Below, in pieces: positions 1 to 8,810 of a DNA stretch of 28,214 bases (position 1 is its first letter; each line of letters begins with the position of its first letter). The DNA is taken from IMG/VR virus record IMGVR_UViG_3300006143_000348. One strand, 5' to 3'. This DNA comes from a virus. Taxonomy: Duplodnaviria > Heunggongvirae > Uroviricota > Caudoviricetes. The notes below the pieces were generated by a model, which worked only from the letters and a program-made list of their open reading frames with translations, ran no database searches and was not told the origin of the DNA. The position numbers and the translations under genes are program-made.

Positions 1-1
1 A

Positions 2-226
2 CTTAATATATTTGATAGAATTGGTGATGAAGAGAAGGCACAGTGTATAATTGTGTTGGACAAATTAAGTAACGGAAACTTAACGAAAAAGACAGATATC
101 GAGATAAAGATTAATAGTAAAAAAATTTCCCTAAAAGATTACATTGAAGAAGTATTGCCCCAAGTTGATTTCAAATCTGCTAATGAAAAGGCTACAGAAT
201 ATTTAAAGGAAGTGAATAGATTTTAG
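2..226 (+). CDS. 3' end of a hypothetical protein (partial, not in ORF track)
   Basis: Frame 2 is open from the window start (LNIFDRIGDEEK...YLKEVNRF) to TAG at 224-226 and is followed by a terminator. Confidence 0.7.
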   Translation, partial: LNIFDRIGDEEKAQCIIVLDKLSNGNLTKKTDIEIKINSKKISLKDYIEEVLPQVDFKSANEKATEYLKEVNRF

Positions 227-247
227 GAGATAAAAGGTTAGCTTACA

Positions 248-290
248 GAGCAGGAGAGAGCGTTTATCCAATTCTCTCTTGCTTTTTTTG
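248..290 (+). terminator. Rho-independent terminator
   Basis: agcaggagagag...ttctctcttgct stem (with G-U pairs) followed by a T run. Confidence 0.65.
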
Positions 291-354
291 TTTACGTAGC
301 TTACAATACAAGCAGTGACAGAGTGCGACAAAATAAATAGAAAGGTATACAGAT

Positions 355-1932
355 ATGAATATAGCTGCTTACTGTAGGGTGTCTACGGATAAAAGTGACC
401 AGATAAACAGCCTTGAAACGCAGAAGAAATTTTTCCAGGAGTATACAGAAAAAAATGGCCACAAGCTCGTAAGAGTATATGCGGATGAAGGGATTTCCGG
501 TACAAAAATCAAGAATCGAAAAGAATTCCAACAGCTCATGGAGGACTCGAAGCGTGGCATGTTTGATATGGTAGTAGTCAAGGATATCTCCAGATTTGCA
601 CGAAACACGGTGGATTTGCTACAGAGCGTCCGTACATTAAAGGCATTGGGGATTGAGATGACGTTTCTTACAGCCAATATGACCGTGTTAGGGCAGTCGG
701 AGTTTGTTCTGACTATTTTTGGGGCGCTGGCGCAGGAGGAAAGCGCAAATACTTCAAAGCGTATTAAGTTTGGAAAGAAAATGAATGCGGAAAAAGGCAG
801 AGTCCCGAATATTGTCTACGGCTATGATAAAATTTCCGGAGAATATTTCGACATGAAAATCAACAAAGAAGAGGAAAGGATTATCCACCAGATTTACGAC
901 TGGTATACGGAAGGCGGTTATGGCGCGTCAAAAATTGCAAGCATGTTAAATGAAAGAGGGTCTAGGACAAAGCGGAATAGCCGCTGGAGCCAGAACGCCA
1001 TATGTAGGATTTTGACAAACGAGCTTTATACAGGGAAAATCATCAATGGGAAGCAGGAAGTGGCAGATTTTCTAACAGGAGAAAGAAAGGATAAGGATGA
1101 GGCAGAGTGGCTGGTGACAGACAGGCCGGATTTGTGCATTATCCAACAAGAACAGTTTGACAAAGCGCAGGAAATTTTAACGGGCAGGCATAGGGCTTTC
1201 CGTATGAATAGGGAGAGGCAGAGCAATAAATACCTATTTAGTACATTAATTAAATGTAAGGAATGCGGATGGTCATTCCGGCGAACAGCTCGTACATATA
1301 AAAATACCTATGTCCGCTGGGTATGTTCCGGGCGTAATGGTAAGGGGGTAGATAGCTGTCCAAATGCTGTAACGCTGGATGAAGAGGAGTTGATTCTGGA
1401 GCTGGAGTGCTACTTCGCCCAAATGCTGAAATCGAAGAAGAAAGTTACCGAGTATTTGGTGAAGGAGTTTTCAAAAATTTATAAAGAGAAGGATGAAAAT
1501 GTAAACTACAGAAAAGAGTTAGAGGATAGCCTGACGAAGTTGAGGAAAACCCGCCAGAAGTATATGGATATGTATATGGATGACCTGATTAGCCGTGAAG
1601 AGCTGAATAAGAGAATTGGCGGGACGAAAAAAGAGATAGAGCGGCTGGAAAATGACTTGAAGCTAGTGGAGCACAATCTGGACAAGGGCAGCCAGTTGGA
1701 GAACATTATACAGAAAACGTTTAAAAATATGGAAGATATTACTTCAGTCCGTGATATGACTAATGAACAGCTAAAGCAGATTATTCAAAAGATAGAAGTG
1801 GATAAGGAAGGGAATATTGATATTTATATGCGGGTGTTAGGCGACTTAGGGCTGAGCAAGAACGTTCTGATTAGTGACTCCTGTACATACAGGAGTAACA
1901 AAATAGAACGGTTAATATGGAGAATCAAATAG
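355..1932 (+). CDS. Large serine recombinase/integrase (resolvase, recombinase and Zn-ribbon domains)
   Basis: N-terminal AAYCRVST with catalytic Ser, YADEGISG and KDISRFAR motifs, C-terminal CKECG...C...C zinc ribbon and coiled coil; RBS GAAAGG. Confidence 0.95.
   Translation: MNIAAYCRVSTDKSDQINSLETQKKFFQEYTEKNGHKLVRVYADEGISGTKIKNRKEFQQLMEDSKRGMFDMVVVKDISRFARNTVDLLQSVRTLKALGIEMTFLTANMTVLGQSEFVLTIFGALAQEESANTSKRIKFGKKMNAEKGRVPNIVYGYDKISGEYFDMKINKEEERIIHQIYDWYTEGGYGASKIASMLNERGSRTKRNSRWSQNAICRILTNELYTGKIINGKQEVADFLTGERKDKDEAEWLVTDRPDLCIIQQEQFDKAQEILTGRHRAFRMNRERQSNKYLFSTLIKCKECGWSFRRTARTYKNTYVRWVCSGRNGKGVDSCPNAVTLDEEELILELECYFAQMLKSKKKVTEYLVKEFSKIYKEKDENVNYRKELEDSLTKLRKTRQKYMDMYMDDLISREELNKRIGGTKKEIERLENDLKLVEHNLDKGSQLENIIQKTFKNMEDITSVRDMTNEQLKQIIQKIEVDKEGNIDIYMRVLGDLGLSKNVLISDSCTYRSNKIERLIWRIK
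1863..1910. other. Putative intact attP site of the serine integrase
   Basis: cgttctgattagtgactcctgta-CA-tacaggagtaacaaaatagaacg: 19 of 23 arm positions are dyad-symmetric around a central CA, with perfect 9-bp inner and 6-bp outer arms. Confidence 0.75.
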
Positions 1933-1945
1933 GCAGTAAATATAT

Positions 1946-1976
1946 AAGCTCTGAGGCGGAAAATCCTCAGGGCTTT
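1946..1976 (+). terminator. Terminator after the integrase
   Basis: aagctctgagg-cggaaaat-cctcagggctt hairpin with a short T tail. Confidence 0.65.
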
Positions 1977-1982
1977 ATCTAA

Positions 1983-2011
1983 TTGCATTTTGTTTGGGGA
2001 TACTGTAAAAT
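1983..2011 (+). promoter_or_regulatory. SigA-type promoter for the first AAA-ATPase gene
   Basis: TTGCAT-17 bp-TAAAAT. Confidence 0.55.
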
Positions 2012-2051
2012 GGGTATAAGTTTTAAAGGAGCAGGGAAAGAGGTGGTTTAT

Positions 2052-3755
2052 ATGCTAAGGACAGTAGGAATAGGACATCAGGATTTTGAGACGATTCGGA
2101 AAGAAAATTATTTTTATGTAGATAAAACAGCATTCATTCATGAATGGTGGGAAAGAGGGGATAGTGTAACTCTAATTACCCGACCGAGAAGATTTGGGAA
2201 GACATTGAATATGAGCATGTTGGAACAATTCTTTTCTGTAAAATATGTAGGCCGGGGTGACTTGTTTGAGGGGCTGTTTATATGGCAAGAGGGGAAGTAC
2301 AGGGAATTGCAGGGGAAGTATCCAGTTATAGCACTTAGTTTTTCTGATGTGAAGGAAACAACATTTTTGGGAGCGCGGAAAAAGATTTGTAAGATTATCC
2401 AGTTATTATATAACAAGTTTGATTTTTTGCTTGAGGGAGATATGCTCAACAGCAGAGAAAAAGAAGATTTCTGCAGAATTTCTGCTGAGATGGAAGATTA
2501 TATGGCGACTCTTTCTTTAAAAATGCTTTCTGATTATCTGTACCGCTATTACGGGGAGAAAGTGATTATTCTTTTAGACGAGTATGATACGCCTATGCAG
2601 GAAGCCTATGTGAATGGGTATTGGAACGAGCTTGCCGAGTTTACAAGGAGTTTGTTTAATTCTACATTTAAGACGAACCCATACTTGGAACGTGCAGTGA
2701 TGACGGGGATAACAAGAGTTAGTAAAGAGTCAATCTTTTCTGACTTAAATAACCTGAAAGTGGTGACTACCACTTCGGAGGAATATGTAGACAGTTTCGG
2801 ATTTACAGAGGAGGAAGTATTTGCGGCACTGGATGAATATGGTTTGTCGAATAAGAAACAGGATGTAAAAAGCTGGTATGACGGGTTTACTTTTGGCAGT
2901 CTGACAGACATTTACAATCCGTGGTCTATTATCAATTTGCTGGATACGAGACAATTTCGGCCATACTGGGCAAATACCAGTTCTAACAGTCTGGCCGGGA
3001 AGCTTTTGCGTGAGGGGAATAAAAAAGTAAAGCAGGAATTTGAACGGATGTTGCAAGGGGGAATCCTAAAGGCGCAGATAGACGAACAAATTCTATATGA
3101 CCAGCTTACAGGAAAAGAAAGTACTATCTGGAGCCTCCTGCTGGCAAGCGGCTATCTGAAAGCGGTTAGGACGGAATTTGTAGAGCGCACAGGGAGGGTT
3201 TATTATTATCTAGCATTAACAAATAAAGAAGTGAAGATTATGTTTGAAGGGATGATTCAAGACTGGTTTACAGAATACAGTGATAGTTACAATGATTTCA
3301 TTAATGCACTTTTAGTAAATGATTTGAAGGCAATGAATGTATATATGAACAAAGTAGCATTGGCAACGTTTAGTTATTTTGATACTGGGAAAAAGCCCTC
3401 AGAGGAAGAGCCTGAGCGTTTCTATCATGGTTTTGTCCTAGGGTTGATGGTGGATTTGACTGACCGATATATCCTGACTTCGAACCGTGAAAGTGGTTTC
3501 GGACGGTATGATGTGATGCTGGAGCCTAGGGAAAAAGGCGATGATGCAATCATTCTGGAGTTTAAGGTGCGGGATTCAGAGGATGAGAAGGAACTTTCTG
3601 ATACTGTGCAGGAAGCTTTAAAACAGATAGACAGGAAACAGTATGAGGTATCGTTGATAGAGAAGGGAATCCCTAAAGAGAAAATTCGGAAGTATGGGTT
3701 TGCGTTCCAAGGGAAACAGGTATTGATTGGGGGCGGTCAGTATGAGGCTGTATAG
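2052..3755 (+). CDS. AAA-ATPase-like protein with C-terminal PD-(D/E)XK nuclease (DUF1703/PDDEXK_9 type), copy 1
   Basis: Walker A RPRRFGKT, Walker B ILLDEYD, FYHGFVLGL, SNRESGFGRYD, ILEFK. Start moved to ATG 2052 (MLRTVGIG) on the basis of the RBS GAGGTGG and the upstream promoter. Confidence 0.9.
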   Translation: MLRTVGIGHQDFETIRKENYFYVDKTAFIHEWWERGDSVTLITRPRRFGKTLNMSMLEQFFSVKYVGRGDLFEGLFIWQEGKYRELQGKYPVIALSFSDVKETTFLGARKKICKIIQLLYNKFDFLLEGDMLNSREKEDFCRISAEMEDYMATLSLKMLSDYLYRYYGEKVIILLDEYDTPMQEAYVNGYWNELAEFTRSLFNSTFKTNPYLERAVMTGITRVSKESIFSDLNNLKVVTTTSEEYVDSFGFTEEEVFAALDEYGLSNKKQDVKSWYDGFTFGSLTDIYNPWSIINLLDTRQFRPYWANTSSNSLAGKLLREGNKKVKQEFERMLQGGILKAQIDEQILYDQLTGKESTIWSLLLASGYLKAVRTEFVERTGRVYYYLALTNKEVKIMFEGMIQDWFTEYSDSYNDFINALLVNDLKAMNVYMNKVALATFSYFDTGKKPSEEEPERFYHGFVLGLMVDLTDRYILTSNRESGFGRYDVMLEPREKGDDAIILEFKVRDSEDEKELSDTVQEALKQIDRKQYEVSLIEKGIPKEKIRKYGFAFQGKQVLIGGGQYEAV

Positions 3756-3824
3756 AAACAAGCGCATTTGCAAAACGAAGAGATGTAGGATGTGGTATAG
3801 AAAACGGTATGAAATGGAGGTAGG

Positions 3825-5537
3825 ATGATGAGGAAGCCATTGCCGGTAGGTGTTGACAATTTCGAGAAGATAATAAGAGATGGCTATTGTTATGTCGATA
3901 AGACTATGCTGATTAAGGAATTACTTGATTTGAAAGGGGAAGTGAACCTATTTACACGTCCAAGACGTTTTGGAAAAACATTAAATATGAGTATGCTCCG
4001 ATATTTTTTTGAGGATACCGGGAACGAAAAAAGAAATGAGCAAAATAGAGAACTTTTTCAGGGGATGAAGATTATGGAAGCCGGGGAAAGCTACACAAAC
4101 CAGATGGGAATGTATTCTGTGTTTGAGCTGACTTTGAAATCGGCGAAACAGGAAAACTACGATATGGCTTATTACATGATACAAAATGCAGTTAGCACGG
4201 AGTTTGAAAGGCACAGGAGCATTATAGAAGTCGGGAAAGAATGTCTATCCAACAAAGAATATAAAGAGTATACTGATATTGCGGAGGGGCAGGGTGAGGA
4301 AAAAGCAATAAGAAATTCTTTGCGGCTTTTCTGCCAATGTATGTACAAAATTACTGGCAAGAATACAGTTATTCTAATTGACGAGTACGACGTGCCATTA
4401 GAAAATGCATATTTTAGAGGCTTTTATGAAAAGATGGTCAGCTTTATCCGTTCGTTGTTTGAAGCTGCCTTAAAGACAAATCAGTATTTGCAGTTTGCGG
4501 TTATTACTGGGTGCCTGAGGATTTCAAAAGAGAGTATATTTACCGGGTTGAATCATCTGAACATTATTTCTGTGCTTGATAAAAAGTACAGTGAGCATTT
4601 TGGATTTACAGAATCAGAAGTGAGCCAAATGATGTCCTATTATGAAGTAGAAAGCCGCTTTTCGACAATGAAAGAATGGTATGACGGATATTTATTTGGA
4701 GATACAGAGGTTTACAACCCGTGGAGTGTTATTAAGTTTTTATATGATTTATATTCGGACGTCAACGCATTTCCGCGTCCATATTGGATTAATACCAGTT
4801 CAAATGATATTATTAAAGATATGATAGCCAAGGCTGATAGGGAAACGAAGGGGCAGATTGAAGCGCTCTTGAGCGGAAAGACTCTTGATATCCAGGTTCA
4901 TGAGGAAGTCACTTATGGGGACATGTACAGCAGTGATGAGAATTTGTGGAATTTTCTTTACTTTACGGGGTATCTGACGAAGGAAAGCGAATATTTCGAA
5001 GAGACATCAGTTTTTTTACGGGCACGAATTCCGAATATAGAAGTGAAGACGGTCTATCAGAACACGATTCTTAATTGGTTTAAGAATACAATAAAGAAAC
5101 AAAACTTTCATGATTTGTACCAGGCACTGGAAGATGGAAATGCGAAGAGGATGACAAATATACTGACTGAGCAGCTTGCTTATACCATTAGCTTTTACGA
5201 TAGCGCAGAAAATTTTTATCATGGATTTCTTACTGGCATTTTAAGTCAGAGTGAAAATTATCTGGTTAAATCCAACCGGGAATCGGGGTACGGGAGGTCT
5301 GATATTATGGTGAGAAGCCCTTCTTTGCGGGGCAGGTCATTTGTTCTGGAAGTCAAGGTATCAGATTCTATTGATGATTTGGAGAGCGATGCAGAAAAGG
5401 CATTGCAGCAGATATATGAAAAAAGATATAGGGAAGAGCTTCGCACAGAGGGGTATCGGAACATAGACTGTTATGGGGTGTCGTTTTTCCGGAAAGACTG
5501 TGAGGTACGATTTGGGAAAAAGGAAGCACTTTGCTAA
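3825..5537 (+). CDS. AAA-ATPase-like protein with C-terminal PD-(D/E)XK nuclease, copy 2
   Basis: [38 protein letters not shown]; RBS GGAGG. Confidence 0.92.
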   Translation: MMRKPLPVGVDNFEKIIRDGYCYVDKTMLIKELLDLKGEVNLFTRPRRFGKTLNMSMLRYFFEDTGNEKRNEQNRELFQGMKIMEAGESYTNQMGMYSVFELTLKSAKQENYDMAYYMIQNAVSTEFERHRSIIEVGKECLSNKEYKEYTDIAEGQGEEKAIRNSLRLFCQCMYKITGKNTVILIDEYDVPLENAYFRGFYEKMVSFIRSLFEAALKTNQYLQFAVITGCLRISKESIFTGLNHLNIISVLDKKYSEHFGFTESEVSQMMSYYEVESRFSTMKEWYDGYLFGDTEVYNPWSVIKFLYDLYSDVNAFPRPYWINTSSNDIIKDMIAKADRETKGQIEALLSGKTLDIQVHEEVTYGDMYSSDENLWNFLYFTGYLTKESEYFEETSVFLRARIPNIEVKTVYQNTILNWFKNTIKKQNFHDLYQALEDGNAKRMTNILTEQLAYTISFYDSAENFYHGFLTGILSQSENYLVKSNRESGYGRSDIMVRSPSLRGRSFVLEVKVSDSIDDLESDAEKALQQIYEKRYREELRTEGYRNIDCYGVSFFRKDCEVRFGKKEALC

Positions 5538-5543
5538 TTCGCT

Positions 5544-5588
5544 AAAAAAAAGGCAGACTAGCCTATACGCTAATCTGCCTTCTTATTT
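5544..5588. terminator. Bidirectional terminator between convergent genes
   Basis: A run + aaggcagactagc-ctatac-gctaatctgcctt + T-rich tail. Confidence 0.75.
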
Positions 5589-5620
5589 GCCCCGACGCTA
5601 TATTTCTAGCACGGTCTGTA

Positions 5621-5896
5621 TTATTCAGTCTCTTGGGTATCCGTAGTAGAATCGTCTGGAGCAGGTTCGTCGTCCGTATAGTTTGTAGCGTCGATAGAAT
5701 AATCAACGACCTGTACTACGATGAAATCTTTTTTTGCATATCCGTCCTCATTCAGCATTTTTTCGATTCTTGCATCAAGCTGTTCTTTTGTCTCGATTTC
5801 GACCGGAGTAACAACCCCGTCGACAGTAGTTGTCAAATACTTATACAAAGACTCATAGTTGTTCCGGTGAGAAGTTACAATCATAATTCTATACAT
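5621..5896 (-). CDS. Acidic hypothetical phage protein (91 aa)
   Basis: Start MYRIMIV at 5896 with RBS GGAGGA; the ORF-track start at 6001 has no RBS. Confidence 0.7.
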   Translation of the reverse strand: MYRIMIVTSHRNNYESLYKYLTTTVDGVVTPVEIETKEQLDARIEKMLNEDGYAKKDFIVVQVVDYSIDATNYTDDEPAPDDSTTDTQETE

Positions 5897-5985
5897 ATTA
5901 TTCCTCCTGGTGAAAAGTGTGTCCAGCAAACAATGAAATTTGTACGCATGGATTACTGGAATGTGAATAGGTACAAAGGTGAAAC

Positions 5986-6020
5986 AAAAAACATCCGCCA
6001 CCTATTGTAGATACCGGATG
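5986..6020 (-). terminator. Terminator after the Panacea TA pair
   Basis: catccg...cggatg stem followed by a T run on the minus strand. Confidence 0.5.
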
Positions 6021-6044
6021 ATTGTATGCTATTATTTATGGAAC

Positions 6045-6497
6045 TTATGTGTGTTTCTTCTGAGAAGGGCATATCTCATGAAGAGGGTCATACCAGAGAA
6101 TATGAAACATTCTTCCTCTGCGAATTCCAATAATGCGCAAAAGGTTTCTAAAAGCAAATGAGAACATGCTGTCGCTGTCATCTTCCATATGTTTTGCTTT
6201 TAGTCTGTCTTGCGCATCTTTAGACATTTTCTCGTAATCTATTAAATGATGCTTTGATTTCCCATTATCATGTGTTTGTTTTTTGATGTCAGCCCAAGTC
6301 ATATTTGAATAATGAATCATCTTTTCAAGAACTTCTTTATGTTCAAAATCATCCCGGGATAAATCAAATGCAAACTTACCTGAACGGTCTATATCTGTAA
6401 ATACCCATACGGGACACTCTCTATCAGTGTTTTTGATTTCGCCTGATATCTTCTTTTCATGGCGCTTTCTGTTTTGTTTTAAAATTTTCTTTGCCAT
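6045..6497 (-). CDS. Putative RelE-fold toxin, partner of the Panacea antitoxin
   Basis: Starts 3 bp downstream of the Panacea gene; MTWADI...KHH and FSFAF...RIIGIR...FHILWYDPLHEICPS resemble MAG6450/RelE-like proteins (recalled, not searched). Confidence 0.6.
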   Translation of the reverse strand: MAKKILKQNRKRHEKKISGEIKNTDRECPVWVFTDIDRSGKFAFDLSRDDFEHKEVLEKMIHYSNMTWADIKKQTHDNGKSKHHLIDYEKMSKDAQDRLKAKHMEDDSDSMFSFAFRNLLRIIGIRRGRMFHILWYDPLHEICPSQKKHT

Positions 6498-6500
6498 AGA

Positions 6501-6935
6501 TTATAAGCTTCCATAGTATTCCCCCATAGAAGATTTAGTGATTACGTTCTGGCATCGTGCACCATCCGGTAAATCACCTCTTGCATCTTTCCAGGGCGAT
6601 TCTTCATGAGTCTGTTCCCTTAAGTCATAAGGTTCTCTGCCTGCGTATCCATTAAGGACGATATCAATTGATTCTTTTTCGTCGTCGTTCAGGCTGTTAT
6701 CGTCTCCTTTAATGATATCTTGTATATCAACAGAGAATTTCCCCTGATGCGCATGGAATAATTCAGGGCATACCGGGCCATTTGACCACGCCTGAAAATC
6801 TTCTGCGAAGATGGGATTACCTGTCCACGCAAGATGCCACGCCTGTGCATAGTAACACAACTTTTGGAGTTTCCATGTGCTCATTTTCCCACATTGACAA
6901 AGGATGTATTTTGCTACATCAAATACACATGCCAT
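6501..6935 (-). CDS. Panacea-domain antitoxin (DUF4065/SocA-like)
   Basis: KLQKLCYYAQ, FQAWSNGPVCPELF and THEESPW are the Panacea signature motifs. Confidence 0.9.
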   Translation of the reverse strand: MACVFDVAKYILCQCGKMSTWKLQKLCYYAQAWHLAWTGNPIFAEDFQAWSNGPVCPELFHAHQGKFSVDIQDIIKGDDNSLNDDEKESIDIVLNGYAGREPYDLREQTHEESPWKDARGDLPDGARCQNVITKSSMGEYYGSL

Positions 6936-6983
6936 GATTCTCGACTCCTTTCAGAATTGATATCGTATATCTGTTCTGCTTTT

Positions 6984-7012
6984 AGTATATGCGTATACTT
7001 TAACGCTGTCAA
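6984..7012 (-). promoter_or_regulatory. Near-consensus SigA promoter with palindrome over -10
   Basis: TTGACA-17 bp-TATACT; the inverted repeat agtata-tgcg-tatact overlaps -10. Confidence 0.75.
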
Positions 7013-7295
7013 TACGTGAAATAATATTCCTGATTCTACCACAGAGAGCCGTTCTGAGAGGTTTTATAAGCCTATATAGGCATTTTTATGCCTCTGATAC
7101 AATTCCCATTATCTACATACAAATACGCGTAAATGAGGCGATTATAGCGTTGGTGTAGTAAACTGCAATTCATTCCAATGATTTTCTTACTATTATAGCT
7201 GTTTCCACAAGGCCGTTTTTGTTGTAACCTTGTTTTGGCAATCCCACGATGTCGTAATCAAATTTTCTAAAACTGTACATTGGAGGTAGATATTT

Positions 7296-7466
7296 ATGAA
7301 ACCATTGAAAAGCAAAATTAGCATCACTATAGATTCAGATATAATTTTAATACTAAGAGACCTCGCAGAAGAGGACGACCGTCCTCTTAGCCAGTACATT
7401 AATCTGGTTCTAAAGAAGTATATCAAAGAGCTGAATGAACATAAAAATACAGAACGTAATTCATAA
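7296..7466 (+). CDS. Small ribbon-helix-helix (CopG-like) DNA-binding protein, 56 aa (not in ORF track)
   Basis: RBS GGAGG; MKPLKSKISITIDSDIILILRDLAEEDDRPLSQYINLVLKKYI fits the RHH beta-alpha-alpha pattern. Confidence 0.8.
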   Translation: MKPLKSKISITIDSDIILILRDLAEEDDRPLSQYINLVLKKYIKELNEHKNTERNS

Positions 7467-7476
7467 AAGGAATGGC

Positions 7477-7500
7477 AGGGGCGGTAATGCCGCCCCTTCT
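7477..7500. terminator. Hairpin terminator between the convergent RHH and endolysin genes
   Basis: aggggcgg-taatg-ccgcccct perfect 8-bp stem. Confidence 0.6.
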
Positions 7501-7502
7501 CC

Positions 7503-8372
7503 TCATACTGCTTTTATCCGGTATTTATCTTTAATTACAACCGGAAGCCAACCGGATTTAATTTGAATCCAGATACTTCCGTCCCAAGCGGTGGTGACTT
7601 TCTTAACCTCCACCACACTTCCTTTTTTGAGCTTGGCTTTATTCCCAGACAGGCGGCAGCACTTTTTCTTTGCCGACGCGGAAAGCTGTGTATACTTCAC
7701 ATACCCCGCCTGCTGGGATTTGGTTGAAACGCCGTCCCGGATGGCGATATCCTGTGTCAGCGTTACCTTCATGCCGGGTTTCAGCTCCGGTTTTTTCATT
7801 GCTTTTTCTACGTCTTTCCTAAACCCGTCCATAGTCAGGCCGAAGCGTCTCCAAACATGGTCGGGGTCACCGTGGTTTGAAGATAACCCCGCCAGATTCC
7901 CCTCGTAGTGGGAGGAAATCAAATACATCCCGTTTGGCAGCTTCGCCCGTGGATTCCAGCCGTATCTCTCACAGATGGATGCACACAGTTCCACCGCCGT
8001 CTGATAGCCACGCAGGATATCCGCTTTAAATTTCCCTGCATCCAGAACATTGTAGTTTGCCCCGCCTGTATACCGGATATAATCGGATTCGCAGATTTCA
8101 AATGTAATCAGGTTATTGTTCCCCCATCCGGCATCCGCCCAACTGCGGTAATCTTCCGGAAGAAGCTGCAAAACTTTTCCGGGGGTGTCGCAGTCTACGA
8201 CGTAATGCACACATGCTGATACTGCCCCCTGGTTCCAGTAATCTGCTACGGACTGGGCTGTTCCCTGACCTGTGCCGATAGTGTGGAGCTGAATACCGAT
8301 TTTTTTACAGCGCGTCCCTGTTTGATAGCACCTGTTCCTTGTAAGATAGTTCTTTTTAATATTTAATGTCAT
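7503..8372 (-). CDS. Phage endolysin, N-acetylmuramoyl-L-alanine amidase (Amidase_2) with basic C-terminal wall-binding domain
   Basis: IQLHTIG, ACVHYVVD, WADAG..NNNLITFEICE, ISSH, HGDP; follows the holin. Confidence 0.9.
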   Translation of the reverse strand: MTLNIKKNYLTRNRCYQTGTRCKKIGIQLHTIGTGQGTAQSVADYWNQGAVSACVHYVVDCDTPGKVLQLLPEDYRSWADAGWGNNNLITFEICESDYIRYTGGANYNVLDAGKFKADILRGYQTAVELCASICERYGWNPRAKLPNGMYLISSHYEGNLAGLSSNHGDPDHVWRRFGLTMDGFRKDVEKAMKKPELKPGMKVTLTQDIAIRDGVSTKSQQAGYVKYTQLSASAKKKCCRLSGNKAKLKKGSVVEVKKVTTAWDGSIWIQIKSGWLPVVIKDKYRIKAV

Positions 8373-8410
8373 ACGATTCTCCCTTCTTGCTGCATTTTTG
8401 CAGCACTAAA

Positions 8411-8445
8411 AAAACACCGCCCATTTCTGAGCGGTGCTGTTTTGC
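8411..8445. terminator. Hairpin/terminator just upstream of the endolysin
   Basis: A run + caccgc-ccatttctga-gcggtg + T-rich tail. Confidence 0.5.
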
Positions 8446-8530
8446 AGATACTCTTGTCGTATCATATACATTTATGCTATACTGTTTCCGTTGTCATACC
8501 CAATCCGGCAACGGAAAGGGGGTGTGTCCA

Positions 8531-8629
8531 TTGACAGAGTTTGTTATTTCCTTTTTATCCGCTGTCATGGTTAATGTAGCCTGCCACTACATTATCAAAT
8601 GGTTAGACAACGGTAATAATGACAACTAA
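8531..8629 (+). CDS. Type I TA toxin peptide, 32 aa (MTEFVISFLSAVMVNVACHYIIKWLDNGNNDN)
   Basis: TTG start after SD AAGGGGGTG; single hydrophobic helix and KWLD tail; promoter TTGTCG-18-TATACT (8454-8483); 5' ccgttgtc...ggcaacgg hairpin. Confidence 0.8.
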   Translation: MTEFVISFLSAVMVNVACHYIIKWLDNGNNDN

Positions 8630-8657
8630 CCTCGGTCTTGTCCCTCCGTAAAGGGAT

Positions 8658-8735
8658 AAAGAAAACCCCGGAAGTGCCTTTCCGGGGTTTTTGCTTTGTG
8701 TATCCATGACAGATTACTGTCATTTCCTTTTGCCT
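8658..8735 (-). ncRNA. Predicted antisense antitoxin RNA (par/Fst-like), ends approximate
   Basis: Convergent promoter TTGCAA-17-TGnTATAAT (8742-8770), shared terminator aaaaccccggaa...ttccggggtttt (8662-8691), and an imperfect repeat of the toxin start region at 8706-8730. Confidence 0.65.
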
Positions 8736-8810
8736 ATTGGCATTATAGCATATGCATTTCACGTTTGCAATATGCTTTTTGCTGCTTTCCCGGATGTGAA
8801 ATTCCCGTCC

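Noticed and set aside
247-258. agagcaggagag shared with 16649-16660
   Set aside because: Only 12 bp, and both are terminator stems; likely coincidental.
1983-2051. ORF-track start of the first AAA-ATPase (TTG 1983)
   Set aside because: It coincides with the -35 box; ATG 2052 has an RBS and matches the paralogue's N-terminus.
5633-6161. Plus-strand ORFs 5633-6010 and 5979-6161
   Set aside because: Antisense shadows of better-supported minus-strand genes and a terminator; no RBS.
7193-7426. 77-aa minus-strand ORF
   Set aside because: Shadow of the plus-strand RHH gene, which has an RBS and a recognisable fold.
8366-8629. 87-aa plus-strand ORF as the toxin
   Set aside because: The promoter and SD lie inside it; only the last 32 codons are supported.
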